Source: Octopus sinensis (lineage: Eukaryota). Taken from it: a stretch of 64,000 nt of DNA. The notes under the pieces were generated by a model that was not told where the DNA came from, did not search any database, and saw only the letters and a program-made list of their open reading frames with translations. Location: contig NC_043001.1 of the NCBI RefSeq assembly GCF_006345805.1, forward strand, positions 99,510,001 to 99,574,000, given 5' to 3'. Position numbers and translations under genes: made by a program. Positions within the stretch are counted from its first letter, which is position 1, and each line of letters begins with the position of its first letter. Shown one piece after another: positions 44,290 to 56,848 of the stretch.

Positions 44290-45230
44290 TACTATTTTTC
44301 TTGCTTCAGTCCATAGACAGTGACCATGTTGGAAGAGTATTGGCAGGGGTGTGCATTATTACGTCTCCTTTTCATAATTTTTATGAACTGTATTCACATA
44401 CATAACTGTTGTGAAAGTGGTATCACAAGCCATAAGTGTAGGATTGGTTGGCTGATATTTGCAGACAGCTTGGTGCTGGCTCAAGAGAGCTTCAGTATGC
44501 AATGAATGAGTCTGCTTCTGAGTGCTGCAAAGCAGAGTTGTGGATTATTAATATTGCAAATACTGAAATATTGGTCCTCTCAAGAAAGTCTTCCCAGTGC
44601 ACTCCGCATGCTAGAGGAACATTACTTATACAAATAGAGAAGTCTAAGTATCTCAGGGCTATATTCATGAGTAATATGAGGCTGGAGGCTGAATTAGATG
44701 CTAGAAATGCAGGTGCTGGCACACTAACGTACCAATTCAAGCTTTTGGTCTGCAGAAGAGAGGTTGGTGAAAAAAAAAAAAGCCAAACTCACTATCTTCA
44801 ATTTGGTTTCCATACTTATCCTCACCTATGGTCATGAATGTTGGGTGATGACCAAAAGTGTATGACTATGAATACAAACAAGCAAAATGGGATTCCTCTG
44901 GAGGACCTCTGATGTTATATTACTTGACAGGATGCATAGCTGGATCAGGGAGTCTCCAGGTAATTAGAAGGTAACAGCTCTAGTATTATGAATGTGATTA
45001 GAATGTCACAGGAAAGAATTGCACAATGGATCTGCCAAGCCATGCCGACCAGAAGGAAACTTAGGGGAGGACCAAGAACAAAATGATTGGATAATATATG
45101 TCGTCTCAAGTGTCATGCTCATGAACTCAGCCAGAAAATTTAATGATCTTTGCTTCTGATATTACCCTATGGAGGAGGTGCCTGAGCACTCTATCACCAT
45201 ATCCCATCCAGGAATAGTGGACAGAGAAGA
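44290..45230 (+). mobile_element. Old RTE-type LINE RT and C-terminal fragment
   Basis: QGCALL.LLFIIFMN, IFADSLVL, INIANTEILV, KSKYL and ELDAR motifs, with many stops and frameshifts. Confidence 0.8.
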
Positions 45231-45774
45231 GGGATTGATGTTTCTTTTTAACCCTGAGTCATCAAAAGCATTCTTGTTATGACCAGTCTGTTTCTGTATA
45301 TATGTTCTTTTACTGGTTTAAGTTGTGTGTATATATGTGTGCATGCATATATATATATGCATACACGTGTGTGTATATATGCACATTCCATGGCAAATTA
45401 GCAAAGCTGTTAAAGCATCACATAGAAGACTTCATAATATTTACTCTCTCTACACTCTGAGTTCAAATCCCACCACAGCCTATTTGGGTGGTATAATTGA
45501 ATTCATTGTCCAGTTTAAGGACACCATCTGAGACCTTGGATACCTTTAGCAGAGTCCACTCAGCTGTAAGCATTAGAGCAAAGTCTCTAATTTCAGGATA
45601 CCTCAATAGATTTACAAACAAAATAGTGGCTGTATTGGTAGAATTGGCTGAAGTGATAGCTTTTAGTTGCATGCCTTTACTCTGAGATCAAATCTCAGAT
45701 ATTAATTTTACCCTTCATTCTTCTGGAGTCAATAAACTAGTACCAGTTACATACTGAGGTAAACCCCATCAATA

Positions 45775-46130
45775 GTTGTGTGGTTAGAAGTTTGCTTCTC
45801 AGCCATATGTTTCCAGGTTCAGTCTCACTGTGCAGCTCCTAGGCAAATGTCTTCTACTATAGCCTTGGGCCAAACAGAATGTTGCAAGTAGGTTTGGTTG
45901 ATAGAAACTGAAAAAGCCTGTTTATATATATATATATCTATGTGCATCTGTGTTTGTCCCCCCCCCCACTGCTTGTCAACTGGTGTGTTTATGACCCCCA
46001 TAACTTAGCCGTTTGGCAAAAGAGACTGACGGAACAAGTACCCAGCTTCAAAAAATATAAGCACTGGATCGACTTGTTTGTACTCCAGCATGGATGCAGT
46101 CTGATGACTGAAACAAGTAAAAGAGTCAAG
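45775..46130 (+). mobile_element. SINE family A, full length
   Basis: Head, short TA tract and tail all homologous to 940-1540. Confidence 0.8.
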
Positions 46131-46624
46131 ATGTGACTATGTAGGAAAATGATATTGCAAATATTTGAGCTAGCTGTGTGGACCCGTTACACAGCTGGTG
46201 ATTTTGTCATAATTCAAATTTCACTGTAAACATTCTGTCAAGATTTTTAAACAATTTACCTCTTGTTTTGCTTGCTTCAAGATGAGTGCCTCTACCTCTT
46301 TCACAATTGAGTGGTTTCGTCATTAAGTGAATGTTTTAATGACTAAAATATTCATACTTAAAACTGTTTTTATTCTTTTATATAATTATTTAAAACAAAG
46401 ATACATGGTAAGTAAAACCAATAGGAACAGGTGTTGTGTGATAAAGGAGTTCACTTTGCACCCACACAGTTTTGGGTACATTCTTACTGTATGAACCTTT
46501 GAGTAAGTGTTTTCTACTCCCGATGGGGTGACTATAAAATCCATCTGAGTGGATTTGGTAAACATGAATTCAAACAACCCGAAAGAAACCCATATATATA
46601 TATGGGTGTATATATACTAATGTA

Positions 46625-46965
46625 TGTATATTGCAGCCTTGGTTTCTGCCAGGGTTGCTTTCCATTCACAAGTTCCCCATATAGCATCTGCTTAGGTATA
46701 CTGCTATCCTTCATTCTAATAAGTTGTCCAGTCCAACGTAACCAGTGCTTGTGCACCATCGCCTCAATACTCAGGATATCAGCTGTCCACAGGACCTGTG
46801 GGTCTGGAGTTTTTAAGGTCCAGCCAACATTCAGAATGTGTCTGTGACATCTCTGTTGAAAGCATTCATGGACCCTTACATGACGTTCGTAAAGGGTTTC
46901 ACATGAGTAATGGAGCGATGTCAGTATACATGCACAGTACACAGCAATAAAGGTCACGATTTGAC
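46625..46965 (-). mobile_element. RTE (BovB-like) ORF2 fragment
   Basis: LHYSCET...FQQRC.RHIL...WLRWTGQLIRMKDSSIPKQMLYGELVNGKQP. Confidence 0.85.
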
Positions 46966-47688
46966 AGCCATCATGTATGTACAATATATATATAGACATA
47001 CATATGCTTATATATGTATGTATGTAAGTATATATATATATGTGTACGTGTGTATGTATGTATATATACGTATGTGTACGCGTGTATGTATGTATATATA
47101 CGTATGTGTACGCGTGTATGTATGTATATACGTATATGTGTACGTATGTATGTATATATATGTATGTATGTATATATGTACGTATGTATGTATATATGTA
47201 CGTATGTATGTATATATATATGTACATATGTATGTGTATATATATGTACATATGTATGTGTATATATATGTACATATGTCTGTATATATATATGTACATA
47301 TGTATGTATATATATATGTACGTATGTATATATGTATGTATATGTAAGTATATGTATATGCATGTATATATATATGTACGTATGTATATATGTATGTATA
47401 TGTAAGTATATGTATATGCATGTATATATATGTGTGTGTATGTATGTATGGATGGATACATGAATATATATGTGCATGTATATATATATGTGCGCATGCA
47501 TGTATATATATGTGCGTATGCATGTATGTATATGTGTATGTATATATGTGCATGTATATATATATGTGTGTATGTATGTATGCATATCTATATGTGTATA
47601 TGTATGTATGTGTGTATGTACGTATATATGTGTTTATGTATATATATGTTTGTATATATATGTGTGTGTATGTATATATGTATATTTA

Positions 47689-47725
<37 letters not shown>

Positions 47726-47730
47726 TGTAT
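46965..47730. repeat. TATG/TACG/TGCA simple-repeat array
   Basis: Direct reading of the sequence. Confidence 0.9.
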
Positions 47731-47768
47731 CATATAAATTAACTATTACTTAACTATTCTCTCACACC

Positions 47769-47816
47769 GTCTCCGATGAAGGGATACAATAAATATCCTG
47801 GAAACAGCTGTAAGAC
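47769..47816 (+). ncRNA. Minimal hammerhead motif in a Penelope-like terminal repeat
   Basis: gtct-CCGATGA-agggata(caataaa)tatcctg-GAAA-cagctg-TA-agac. Stem I is 4 bp; stem III is the palindrome ACAGCTGT. Confidence 0.65.
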
Positions 47817-47892
47817 CTATCTATAAATGTTCTAAAATCTACTCAACCTTGGTTTCTTATCTCATTACGAAAAAAAATTTTTATATTATATA

Positions 47893-47933
<41 letters not shown>

Positions 47934-48594
47934 GTAAATTTATATCTGTGTGTGTATATATATTTATTTGTATATATATATGTGTATGTATATATTTACA
48001 TGCATATATACCATGAGAAAAGCAGTTGAATTGTTATGTGAAATTTGGGAATTGAGGATGGAATCCACACTATGCCTGCATGAAGCCACTACAAATACAA
48101 TGTGGAGTAAAAAATTTATCTACTGTCCTGGAAAAAGTGTAACTGTAAAAATGCAGAATTATCGGAGTCATGGGCATTCAAAAAAGTATGTATGTATAGG
48201 AATGTATGAATGAAGTCTTTAATGTTTAAGATTCAAATTATGGAAGTGCAATATTAATGCTTAGCAGTTTAAAACTGTGAGTAGTGAAATGCAGAATTAG
48301 GTTGGCTGATTGTGAGAATCAAATATTGATCGCTTCGCAAAAATCTACAGGTGGTATGTGTTATTTCCCATGGATTGTTTAGATAAAATATTAGTAATAT
48401 GTAGTTGATAGAAGGATCCACTGGAAGGGCTCTATTATCGATTTTTTTTTTCAACACGAGGTTTCCAGGCATGAATTCTACTCACGTGTCAAAGTATAAA
48501 AGTGATATTGTCTGCAAAAATTAGAAATAGGACACACAAAAATTCAATATTTAAAGTAATCAAACATAAACAGTGAGATAAATCCTTAAAAATG

Positions 48595-51500
48595 TTTTAG
48601 CTTGAAGGCCGCGGCCATGCTGGGGCACCACCGCTGAATGAGCTACACTAATATGTGAATCCACCTCTGATAGGTGGCACTTGATCAACAAGGGAGTTCA
48701 ATGCTGCTGCCCGCATCTGCATCTCCTGTCATGAGGTAGGTTCATCTGGGACTCCTGACAAGAAGAGATCCAGTTTAGTTTTAAAGAAACCCACATCCAC
48801 ACCATGTAAGTCTCTCGGGCATTTAGGGAGGATGTTAAAGAGCTGTTGGTCCTCTGAAACCCAAGCTGTTGCAGTATCTGGACCTGTATTTTGATGGTGA
48901 TGTTGGAATCTTTGGCACCATGCAGTGGCGCCCCGTTCTGCGGTTGGGGTAACTTTGAATGCCAAGATTTTCCAGATGTATATCACCGCATATCTCTCCC
49001 GCCTCCGCTCTAGGGAGAAGAGGTTTAATACTTTCAGTCTTTCCCAGTAGCTGATATTTTCTTTGTGTAGCTTCTCTGAATTGCTTCGAGTTCTGCTGTT
49101 AGTTTTATATTGTGTGATGACCATAGTTGGGAGCAGTAGTCCAAGTGGCTGAGGACAAATGTTTTCCATAGGACCATCAGTGTCTCCTCTCTTGTTCTGA
49201 AAGTTCGGAGAATCCATCCAGCTAGCCGTCTGCATTTTATCACCAGATTAGTACTATGCACTTGGAAAGATGCATCATTGCTCATGTCAATGCCCAGGTC
49301 ACGCACTGATTTTGACTCAGGGATTGCAATTCTTCCTGGGCCAGTGTATCCAGTCTGCACGTCGTTTACCTTTGTGTGCCAGTAGCGCAGGGCCTGGAAC
49401 TTACCTGCATTAAACTGCATGTTGTTGTCCTCAGCCCACCTGTATATTGTGTCCAGCTGTTGCAGATGCACAATATTTTCAGGGTTTTGTATTGTGTGGG
49501 AGACTTTTGTGTCATCTGCATAGCTAGCAAGGGTGGTCATCGTAGCAACTGAAAGCATGTCTGAAAGGGCCACTATGAACATCAGTGGCCCCAAGACAGT
49601 GCCCTGTGGGACACCGCTTGTTATTTGTGTTTCCTTGGAGGTGGCTCCATTGCTCACAACTGCCTGTTTTCTGTCTTTTAGGAAGTTGTGCAGCCACTCT
49701 CCAAGTTTTCCGCCTATGCCGAGACCACGCAGTTTGTGACAGATCATACCATGGTCGACTTTATCAAAGGCTTTTGCAAAGTCGAGATATATTACATCCA
49801 CATTTGTGCCATTTAGTAGCTGTTTCAACACCCAGTCATAGTGTTGCAGGAGCTGTGTTAGGCAGCTTCTACCTGGTCGAAATCCATGCTGGGTGTCAGA
49901 CAGCAAGTCATTTTCTTCAAGGAACATGATTAGTTTCCATGACTTTGCTGATGTGTGAGGTCAGAGAGATAGGCTTATAATTTTTAGCATCTGCTCTGCT
50001 TCCTCCCTTATGGATAGGGCATATTATCTCTTCTTTCAATTTGACTGGGAGCTTACCACTTGCAAGAAAGCTCTGAAAAAGAATCTGTAGTGGTTTTGCA
50101 AGGGCTCGTTTGCACAATTTGAGAAGGATCGCTGGAAATCCATCAGGTCCAGCAGCTGAGTTTATATCAATCTCATCTATGGTTAGTGTGATATCATCGT
50201 CAATGTTGATGTACTCAATTTTTGCCTCTTTAGCTACAGGTAAAGTGGCAAAAAATTCTTCTGGTTTGTTTACTTGCTTGTGTCCTAGAGGTGTAGTGAA
50301 CACACTTTGGAACTGTTCATTCAGTATTTCACTTATCCTCATGAGATTTCCTGAGGGAACCATCTCTTTGGCAAACTTAAAGAAGGTTTTAGGGTTTGAC
50401 TTGATGTTTTCTATTACCCAAGCTTCTTTATCTGATCTCTCTTTTTCATGCATCAGCAGACTTTTCTCAATTTCCATTAGCATTCTCTTGAGGCGAGGCT
50501 TCCCACCACTTTTGGTGTGCTTGCTCAGGTGGTTCACAATCCTTGTCTGTCATCTCATAAGAATCTTCCTTTCCCTAGGGATCCTGTTTTTGTGTGTGCT
50601 GGCCCTGCACACTGGGACATATTTGTCATATATGGCTTGTATTCTGGACATGAAATGTTTGTTTCATGTCAATGTCTGGTGTTCAAAGACATTTAGGCCA
50701 ATCCTGTTTGAGGATCTCTTTCACAATCAACTTTCAATTTGGTTAATGAAAGTTTAGTTTGGAGAGATTGTGGATGCTTCGCATAGACTGTGTGTCTGCA
50801 GGGGCTTTTGGTCCATACATAGACAGCTCTATTATGTTGTGATCCGATACCAATGTCAGCATCACTTTAACATTATGGATAATGTCCATATTGTTTGTGA
50901 AGCAGAGATCCAGTATATCATTTGCCCTGGTTGTTTGCAGCACAATTTGCTCCATGAAAGAGGCATTTGTGAGGTGGAGCAGGGACTCTGATGTAATCTC
51001 CAGGGATACAGGCATCCAGCAACAGGACCTCCGTAATGCCATAATGGACCGTGAAGTCTGGCGTAGCATGGTAAATTCCATTGTCTCGACCACGGTTGAA
51101 CAATGATGATGATGATGAGGGACTCTGCCTGTGCTTGCTGATGGTGGGTCATCCCTGGAAGCATCTGCCCCCACCCCCCGGCCATTCCACATTGGGGAAG
51201 TTAAAGTCACCCATGAAGAATACACTGTTGTGGTGTTCCAGTTTGGTGAGAACTTCTCCTATTTTTGTTAGGCAGTCTTCAAACATGCTAGTGTGATTTG
51301 GGGCATCTGGTGGGCGATATGTAGTACATATGACAAAATTCAGTTGTCTTATGTGTACAATTTGAGTGTCACACACTGAGATTGAATATGACAACAGGAC
51401 TTGGGGCGTGAGGTCATCTCGGATGTACACTGTAACTCCACCATGACTCCTCCCTTTTATATCTGAGCATATGGCAACATATTACAGTATGTTTAATTCT

Positions 51501-52620
51501 GCATCCTATATATCAGGTCCAAGATGTGTTTCTATGAGTGCCATGCATAGAGCTTGATTGCATGCCGCAAGGTCTTTCAGGAATGAGATTTTCCTTTTAC
51601 AGTTGCCATGCAACAGTCCTCCTACATTTAGTAGATATATTTTTGTGACGTGTGTTGGTGTTTGTGGTGGCCATCCTGCATCTGTTGGTGGTGGTAGGTA
51701 TAGTTTCAGCTTTGTGTTTGTAGCCAAGTCGGCTTCTGGACAATTTTTTGTGCCATGCACAAAAAAGATTGCTGTTCAGCTGCTGCCCTTCTCACATCTG
51801 GGTGAAACTGGCCATTTGTTGGGCCATGGAGTATCCTTTTTGGATCATGCAATACATCTGCATATTGTCTTCTGGGAGTAGTTGGTGCACCATTTTTCCT
51901 TCTTTGGTATCTTTCTTTTTCTTTTTGTTCTCTTCGTGGAAATGATTGTTGTCTTGGGCCCATGCGGTTTTGGCAGGGCTTCTGATGTGCAAAACGACAG
52001 TTTGCACCATCGTTGCCATGCCAGCAGTTTCCTTGCAGGTAAAATTTGCAGATGCTCCTGCTTTTGCCCTTGAAACTCCTGTAGCTCTTGCTGGAGCTCT
52101 TCTGTTTTTTGTCTGAACAGTTTTTGTTGTGTTGTTTTTCTTTTTCTTTTCTTTTACCTCTTACTTTTCATTGCCTTCAGCAGCTTTTGTTCTGTTGGTT
52201 TTAAGATGCTTTTGTTTTTCGGCCATCACACCTCTTTAGTCTTCAGGCGTGTTGGGGGCTGGACAAGTGCCATTGTTTCCCTTGGTTGCAGGTCTCTCAG
52301 TTGTGTTTTTGGTTTTGCTCTTCTGAGGGACTGTTGAATCCTGGATGCTTTCTCCATCCTTTTTGTCATCCCTGGTGCAGTCACCTCCCAAGTGTGTCCA
52401 TGTGTTGTCTAATTAGAGCATATGAATGGAGGAATTTGCGTTTTTTCCACTGTATCTGGGCGGTGGTCCTGGAGAAATCATTACTTTTAAGTGCTGCTGC
52501 AATGATGTTGTTTGGGGAGTCCCCTTTAGCAATCTTCCAGGCATGGACAAACAATTGCAATTCTTTTGCAGACCAGTTCCATGACACCTTTGCTTGGGAT
52601 ACAGTGAGAGAGTGAAATAG
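48595..52620 (-). mobile_element. Near full-length CR1-like LINE: ORF1 remnant (about 52620-51706), APE endonuclease (about 51640-50760), RT and C-terminus (50537-48729)
   Basis: ETHL, GGVTVYI, YRPP, GDFN and SDHN endonuclease motifs; QHGFRPGRSC, GVPQGTVLGPL and YADD RT motifs; shared 3' tail. Multiple frameshifts. Confidence 0.93.
50991..51117 (+). mobile_element. 127-bp RTE-type 3' end nested in the CR1 endonuclease, with 10-bp TSD
   Basis: Encodes DTGIQQQDLRNAIMDREVWRSMV plus a (TGA)n tail. AGGGACTCTG at 50981-50990 and 51118-51127. Removing it restores QAESLLHL. Confidence 0.9.
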
Positions 52621-53016
52621 AGGAACAGAGAGAGGAGAGATAAGGAGATTGACCTGAGAGGGAGGGGAGAGAAGAGAAAAAAGCTGAAGGAGCGAAAGGG
52701 GGTGGCAGATCAGCCGGGAGGAAGAGAGAGAGAGAGACAAGGGGATTGACCTGAGAGGAGAGAGTGGCAGATCAGCAGAAGGAGGGAGGGAGAGAGAGCG
52801 AGATAGAGGTGTGGTAGAGAGAAAGAAGTAAAGGAACAGAGAGAGAGGAAGAGAGAGATAAGGGGATTGACCTGAGCGGGAGCAGAGAGAGAAGAGATAT
52901 GGACTTAGAAATTTTTATATTTCTATTTTTGAAAACCAGTGGATGTATTCCACTGAATTTAGGTAAATAATCCTTCGAACAGACGGTTAGTAGCGACACC
53001 TGCTGCATTCAGCTGC

Positions 53017-53059
53017 TCTGCATTGATAAGGGGCAAATACCCTGAAACTAGTCTGCAGA
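53017..53059 (+). ncRNA. Minimal type-I hammerhead ribozyme with U3-A8 core variant
   Basis: tctgca-TTGATAA-gggg(caaata)ccct-GAAA-ctag-TC-tgcaga. 6-bp stem I, 4-bp stem II, palindromic stem III ACTAGT, GUC cleavage triplet. Confidence 0.75.
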
Positions 53060-53104
53060 TGCCTGACCAGCAAGGGGAAGCAGCTGACCTCCCCTGTTCG
53101 AAGG

Positions 53105-53467
53105 TTATATATATATATATATATATAAATATAGATAGATAGATACATATATATATATATATATAAATATAGATAGATACATATATATATATAAATATAG
53201 ATAGATAGATACATATATATATATAAATATAGATAGATAGATACATATATATATATATAAATATAGATAGATAGATACATATATATATATAAATATAGAT
53301 AGATAGATACATATATATATATAATATATAGATAGATACATATATATATATAAATATAGATAGATACATATATATATATAATATAGATAGATAGATACAT
53401 ATATAATATAGATAGATAGATACATATATAAATATAGATAGATAGATACATATATAAATATAGATAG

Positions 53468-53531
<64 letters not shown>

Positions 53532-53759
53532 TAGATAGATACATATATATATATAAATATAGATAGATAGATACATATATATATATATATATATATAGAT
53601 ATATATATATATATATAAATATAGATAGATAGATACATATATATATATAAATATAGATAGATAGATACATATATATATATAAATATAGATAGATAGATAC
53701 ATATATATATATAATATAGATAGATAGATACATATATATATATAAATATAGATAGATAG

Positions 53760-53830
<71 letters not shown>
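53105..53830. repeat. Compound (TA)n/(GATA)n array, unit about aaatatagatagatagatacatatatat
   Basis: Direct reading of the sequence. Confidence 0.95.
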
Positions 53831-53833
<3 letters not shown>

Positions 53834-53844
53834 AATACATATGT

Positions 53845-55095
53845 ATCTGTCAATCATGGGATACCATCCTGTCAATGACAGAATCATCACCCTACGGCTG
53901 AGGGGTCACCCTCTAAACACTACACTCATCCAGGTTTATGCATCAAAGAGCGAAGCAAATGAAGAAGAAATGCAGGATTTCTATGATGTTGTTCAGCAGA
54001 CACTGGACAATGCTCCACGGAGAGATATTATCTTGATGGGAGATTGGAATGCCAAGGTGGGGAAGAGCATTACCAACAGTTTGAGTGTGGGCCAACATGG
54101 GTTGGAGGAGAGGAATGAAAGAGGACAGGATCTGGTTGACCTTTATATCACCAACAACCTAGTTATCAGTAACACCATCTTCCAGCATTACCTGAGAAGG
54201 TTGTACACTTGGACCAGCCCAGGAGACCGGTTTTGAAACCAGACTGACTACATCATGATTCAAGGATGATGGAAGTTGGCAGTCAAGAATGTAAGAACAC
54301 GACCAGGGGCAGACTGCAGAAGTGATTATCAACTGCTGTGTGCAATGATTAAGATCCGGATGAGGTCACAGTGAAAGCAGACGAAAACAACATGGTACGG
54401 CATCACAAAGATTCTGGAGGCTTTCAGTGTTGAGATGCAGAATAGATTTCTACCGTTTCTCCAATCATACGATAATGGTGAGTGGAGAGTGGAGAAAATG
54501 GTCAACATCGCAAAGGAAGTTGCATTGAGGAATATTCCCAAATGACGGACTCTGAAGAGGCCATGGCTATCAGACAACACACTAGACATTGCAAGAAGAA
54601 GGAGGAAAGCAAAAGCAAGTGGAAACCATTAGGAATGGAGAGAACTTGACAAGCAGTACAACAGACAGGCACTAGAGGACAAGAGGAACCATCTGGACCA
54701 AATATGTCTGGAGGTGGAAGATGCGTCATAGAATGGTGACATCAAGTCTGTTCTTCGTTTGGTGAAGGAATTGAGTAGAAAGAGGAAGTGGATTCCATGT
54801 AGTGACGTCGTCAACGATTAAGAAGGTAACATCCTGACAGGAAGAGAGCATCAAAGCTATGTGGAGGGAATACAGCACCGATTTATACAGAAGGAGGCAG
54901 GAAGATCTCCCTGCTCCACTCACTGTAGCCGAAGACAGAGAACTGGAACCACTCAAAGAAGTGAGGCAGGCACTGTACCATACCAAGATGGGAAATATTG
55001 GGATAGAACTGTTGTGGAGACTGTGTGTCAAGATCAGGAACGACGTGGAGTGGCCGATCATCTTTATTCCCATGTACTCATCCATCAAGGGTACA
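53845..55095 (+). mobile_element. RTE LINE endonuclease and linker fragment (3' part lost)
   Basis: [43 protein letters not shown] and PWLSD motifs. Confidence 0.88.
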
Positions 55096-55420
55096 TGTTA
55101 TTACGGGTTGGTGGTTTTCTGTATGCTGTTTGTCTTTCATGTCTTTTTTCCTTTGAATTTATCCATCTTTGGTGTTTGGACTTATGGGTTGATGGTTGTC
55201 TTCTATATTCCATGTGTTGGCTACTTGCAGAGTTATGTATTGTAGAATATGGGTTTCTAGTCTGTACTTGAGTTGAGATGGAGGTCATTTCCACGTATGT
55301 TCTTGGGTAATTAGAGGTTCAATACCTTAGTCTGGTTCCTCTGGGGTTGGTGTCTGTTTTCGATTTCCTCATATATTTTTGCTGTTGTGGTTTCGTTTTC
55401 ATTATGGAAATGTTCAGGTA
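55095..55420 (-). mobile_element. Possible Penelope-like ORF remnant
   Basis: HTWK*PPSQL...ISPNTK resembles the PLE pre-RT region. Heavily decayed. Confidence 0.3.
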
Positions 55421-55460
55421 TATATATATGTGTAGCATTGGGATGGTTTAGCTTTACATT

Positions 55461-55509
<49 letters not shown>

Positions 55510-56162
55510 TTATTTATTTAAAAAAATTTTAATTTGGAAATATACTCATGTTTTTTTTCATGCAGAACTACATTTCATCAAAAAATTCTCTCCAAGATTG
55601 AATGTTTGAAAGAAAAAGGGAGATAGTATATTTTGTATTCTAAATATAACTCAAAGAAGAGGAAAAGAAAGAAAGAGAAGAGAAAAAAGGGGGGCGAGAG
55701 AGAAAGAAAGCAAAAAGATTTTCAGTGATGATGACCACACTGCATTTGTTTTTCTTTGTTTTTTTTTTGTTTTTTGAAGAGGTCACCATCTTTAAACCCA
55801 TTCCAATACAATGGTAAATGACTAAATGAGTAAATAAATGGTGAATAGGAAGGGGGATCTCCCATATATCTATATATCTATCTATCTTTCTATCTATATA
55901 CCTACCTACCTATCTACCTACTTACCTACCCACCCACCTGTATTTCTATCTATCTCCATTGACACGGAACAAAAACAATGTTCTCTTCTTCTAAACAAAA
56001 CCTCCAAGAAACATCTGTTTTATATAAATGAACAAGCTGTTTTTACATTCGCAAAACTTTATTTGACAAGTTCGAGAAACAAACAAAAGCGCTAATAATG
56101 AAGAAATGAAAAGATTTTTTTCCCAAAATTCTGACAACTGATTTCTCAGTATATATATATAT

Positions 56163-56208
<46 letters not shown>

Positions 56209-56231
56209 TTATTTATTTATTTATTTATTTA

Positions 56232-56577
56232 CCAGTTTCAGCTTAAAGCTGTGGCCATGCTGGGGCACCTCTGTTTTGCTACACTATTATTAGTGAGAGC
56301 CTCCTCTGATATGTGAAATTTGGTGAGTAAGGGAGTTAGATATCACTGCCCTCATTTGCACCTCTTGCTGTGAGGTAGGTTCATCTGGGACTCTCGACAG
56401 GAAGAGATCCAGTTTTGATTTGAAAACACCTACATCCACTTTGTGTGGGCTCTCTGGCACCATGCAGTGGCAACCTGTTCTGGCATTTGTGTAGCCTTCA
56501 ATGCCAAAATTTGGCACAATCCATTCCAGGATCTTCCAGATGTATAGTACTGTATATCTCTCCCGCTTTCACCCCAG

Positions 56578-56580
<3 letters not shown>
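56232..56580 (-). mobile_element. CR1-like LINE 3' fragment with internal deletion and (TAAA)n tail
   Basis: GVFKSKLDLFLSRVPDEPTSQQE and the shared tail. Confidence 0.85.
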
Positions 56581-56626
<46 letters not shown>

Positions 56627-56651
56627 AAGAATCTTACAAACCAATTCCAAA

Positions 56652-56690
<39 letters not shown>

Positions 56691-56848
56691 TTATGAGAGG
56701 TAATGGTGTCAAGAAGACCCAAAGGTGTCAGGTAATGCTGAGTAAGTGCTATGGACAGACTATAGTTAAGCTCCAGGTTTGGTGACTATGCGAATGAGGA
56801 GTCCAACATAGGTGATATATCAGCATGTATATATAAAAAAGTTAACAG

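Noticed and set aside
46172-46196. Hairpin as a pre-miRNA
   Set aside because: The stem is only 8-10 bp and I recognise no mature miRNA sequence.
46260-46345. Minus-strand exon-like SLKHSLNDETTQ/IVKEVEALILKQAKQE
   Set aside because: Needs a frameshift to be open. It could be a decayed exon or TE, but is not supportable.
49034-51760. RT and endonuclease ORFs as an active autonomous element or domesticated gene
   Set aside because: Multiple frameshifts, stops, deletions and a nested insertion.
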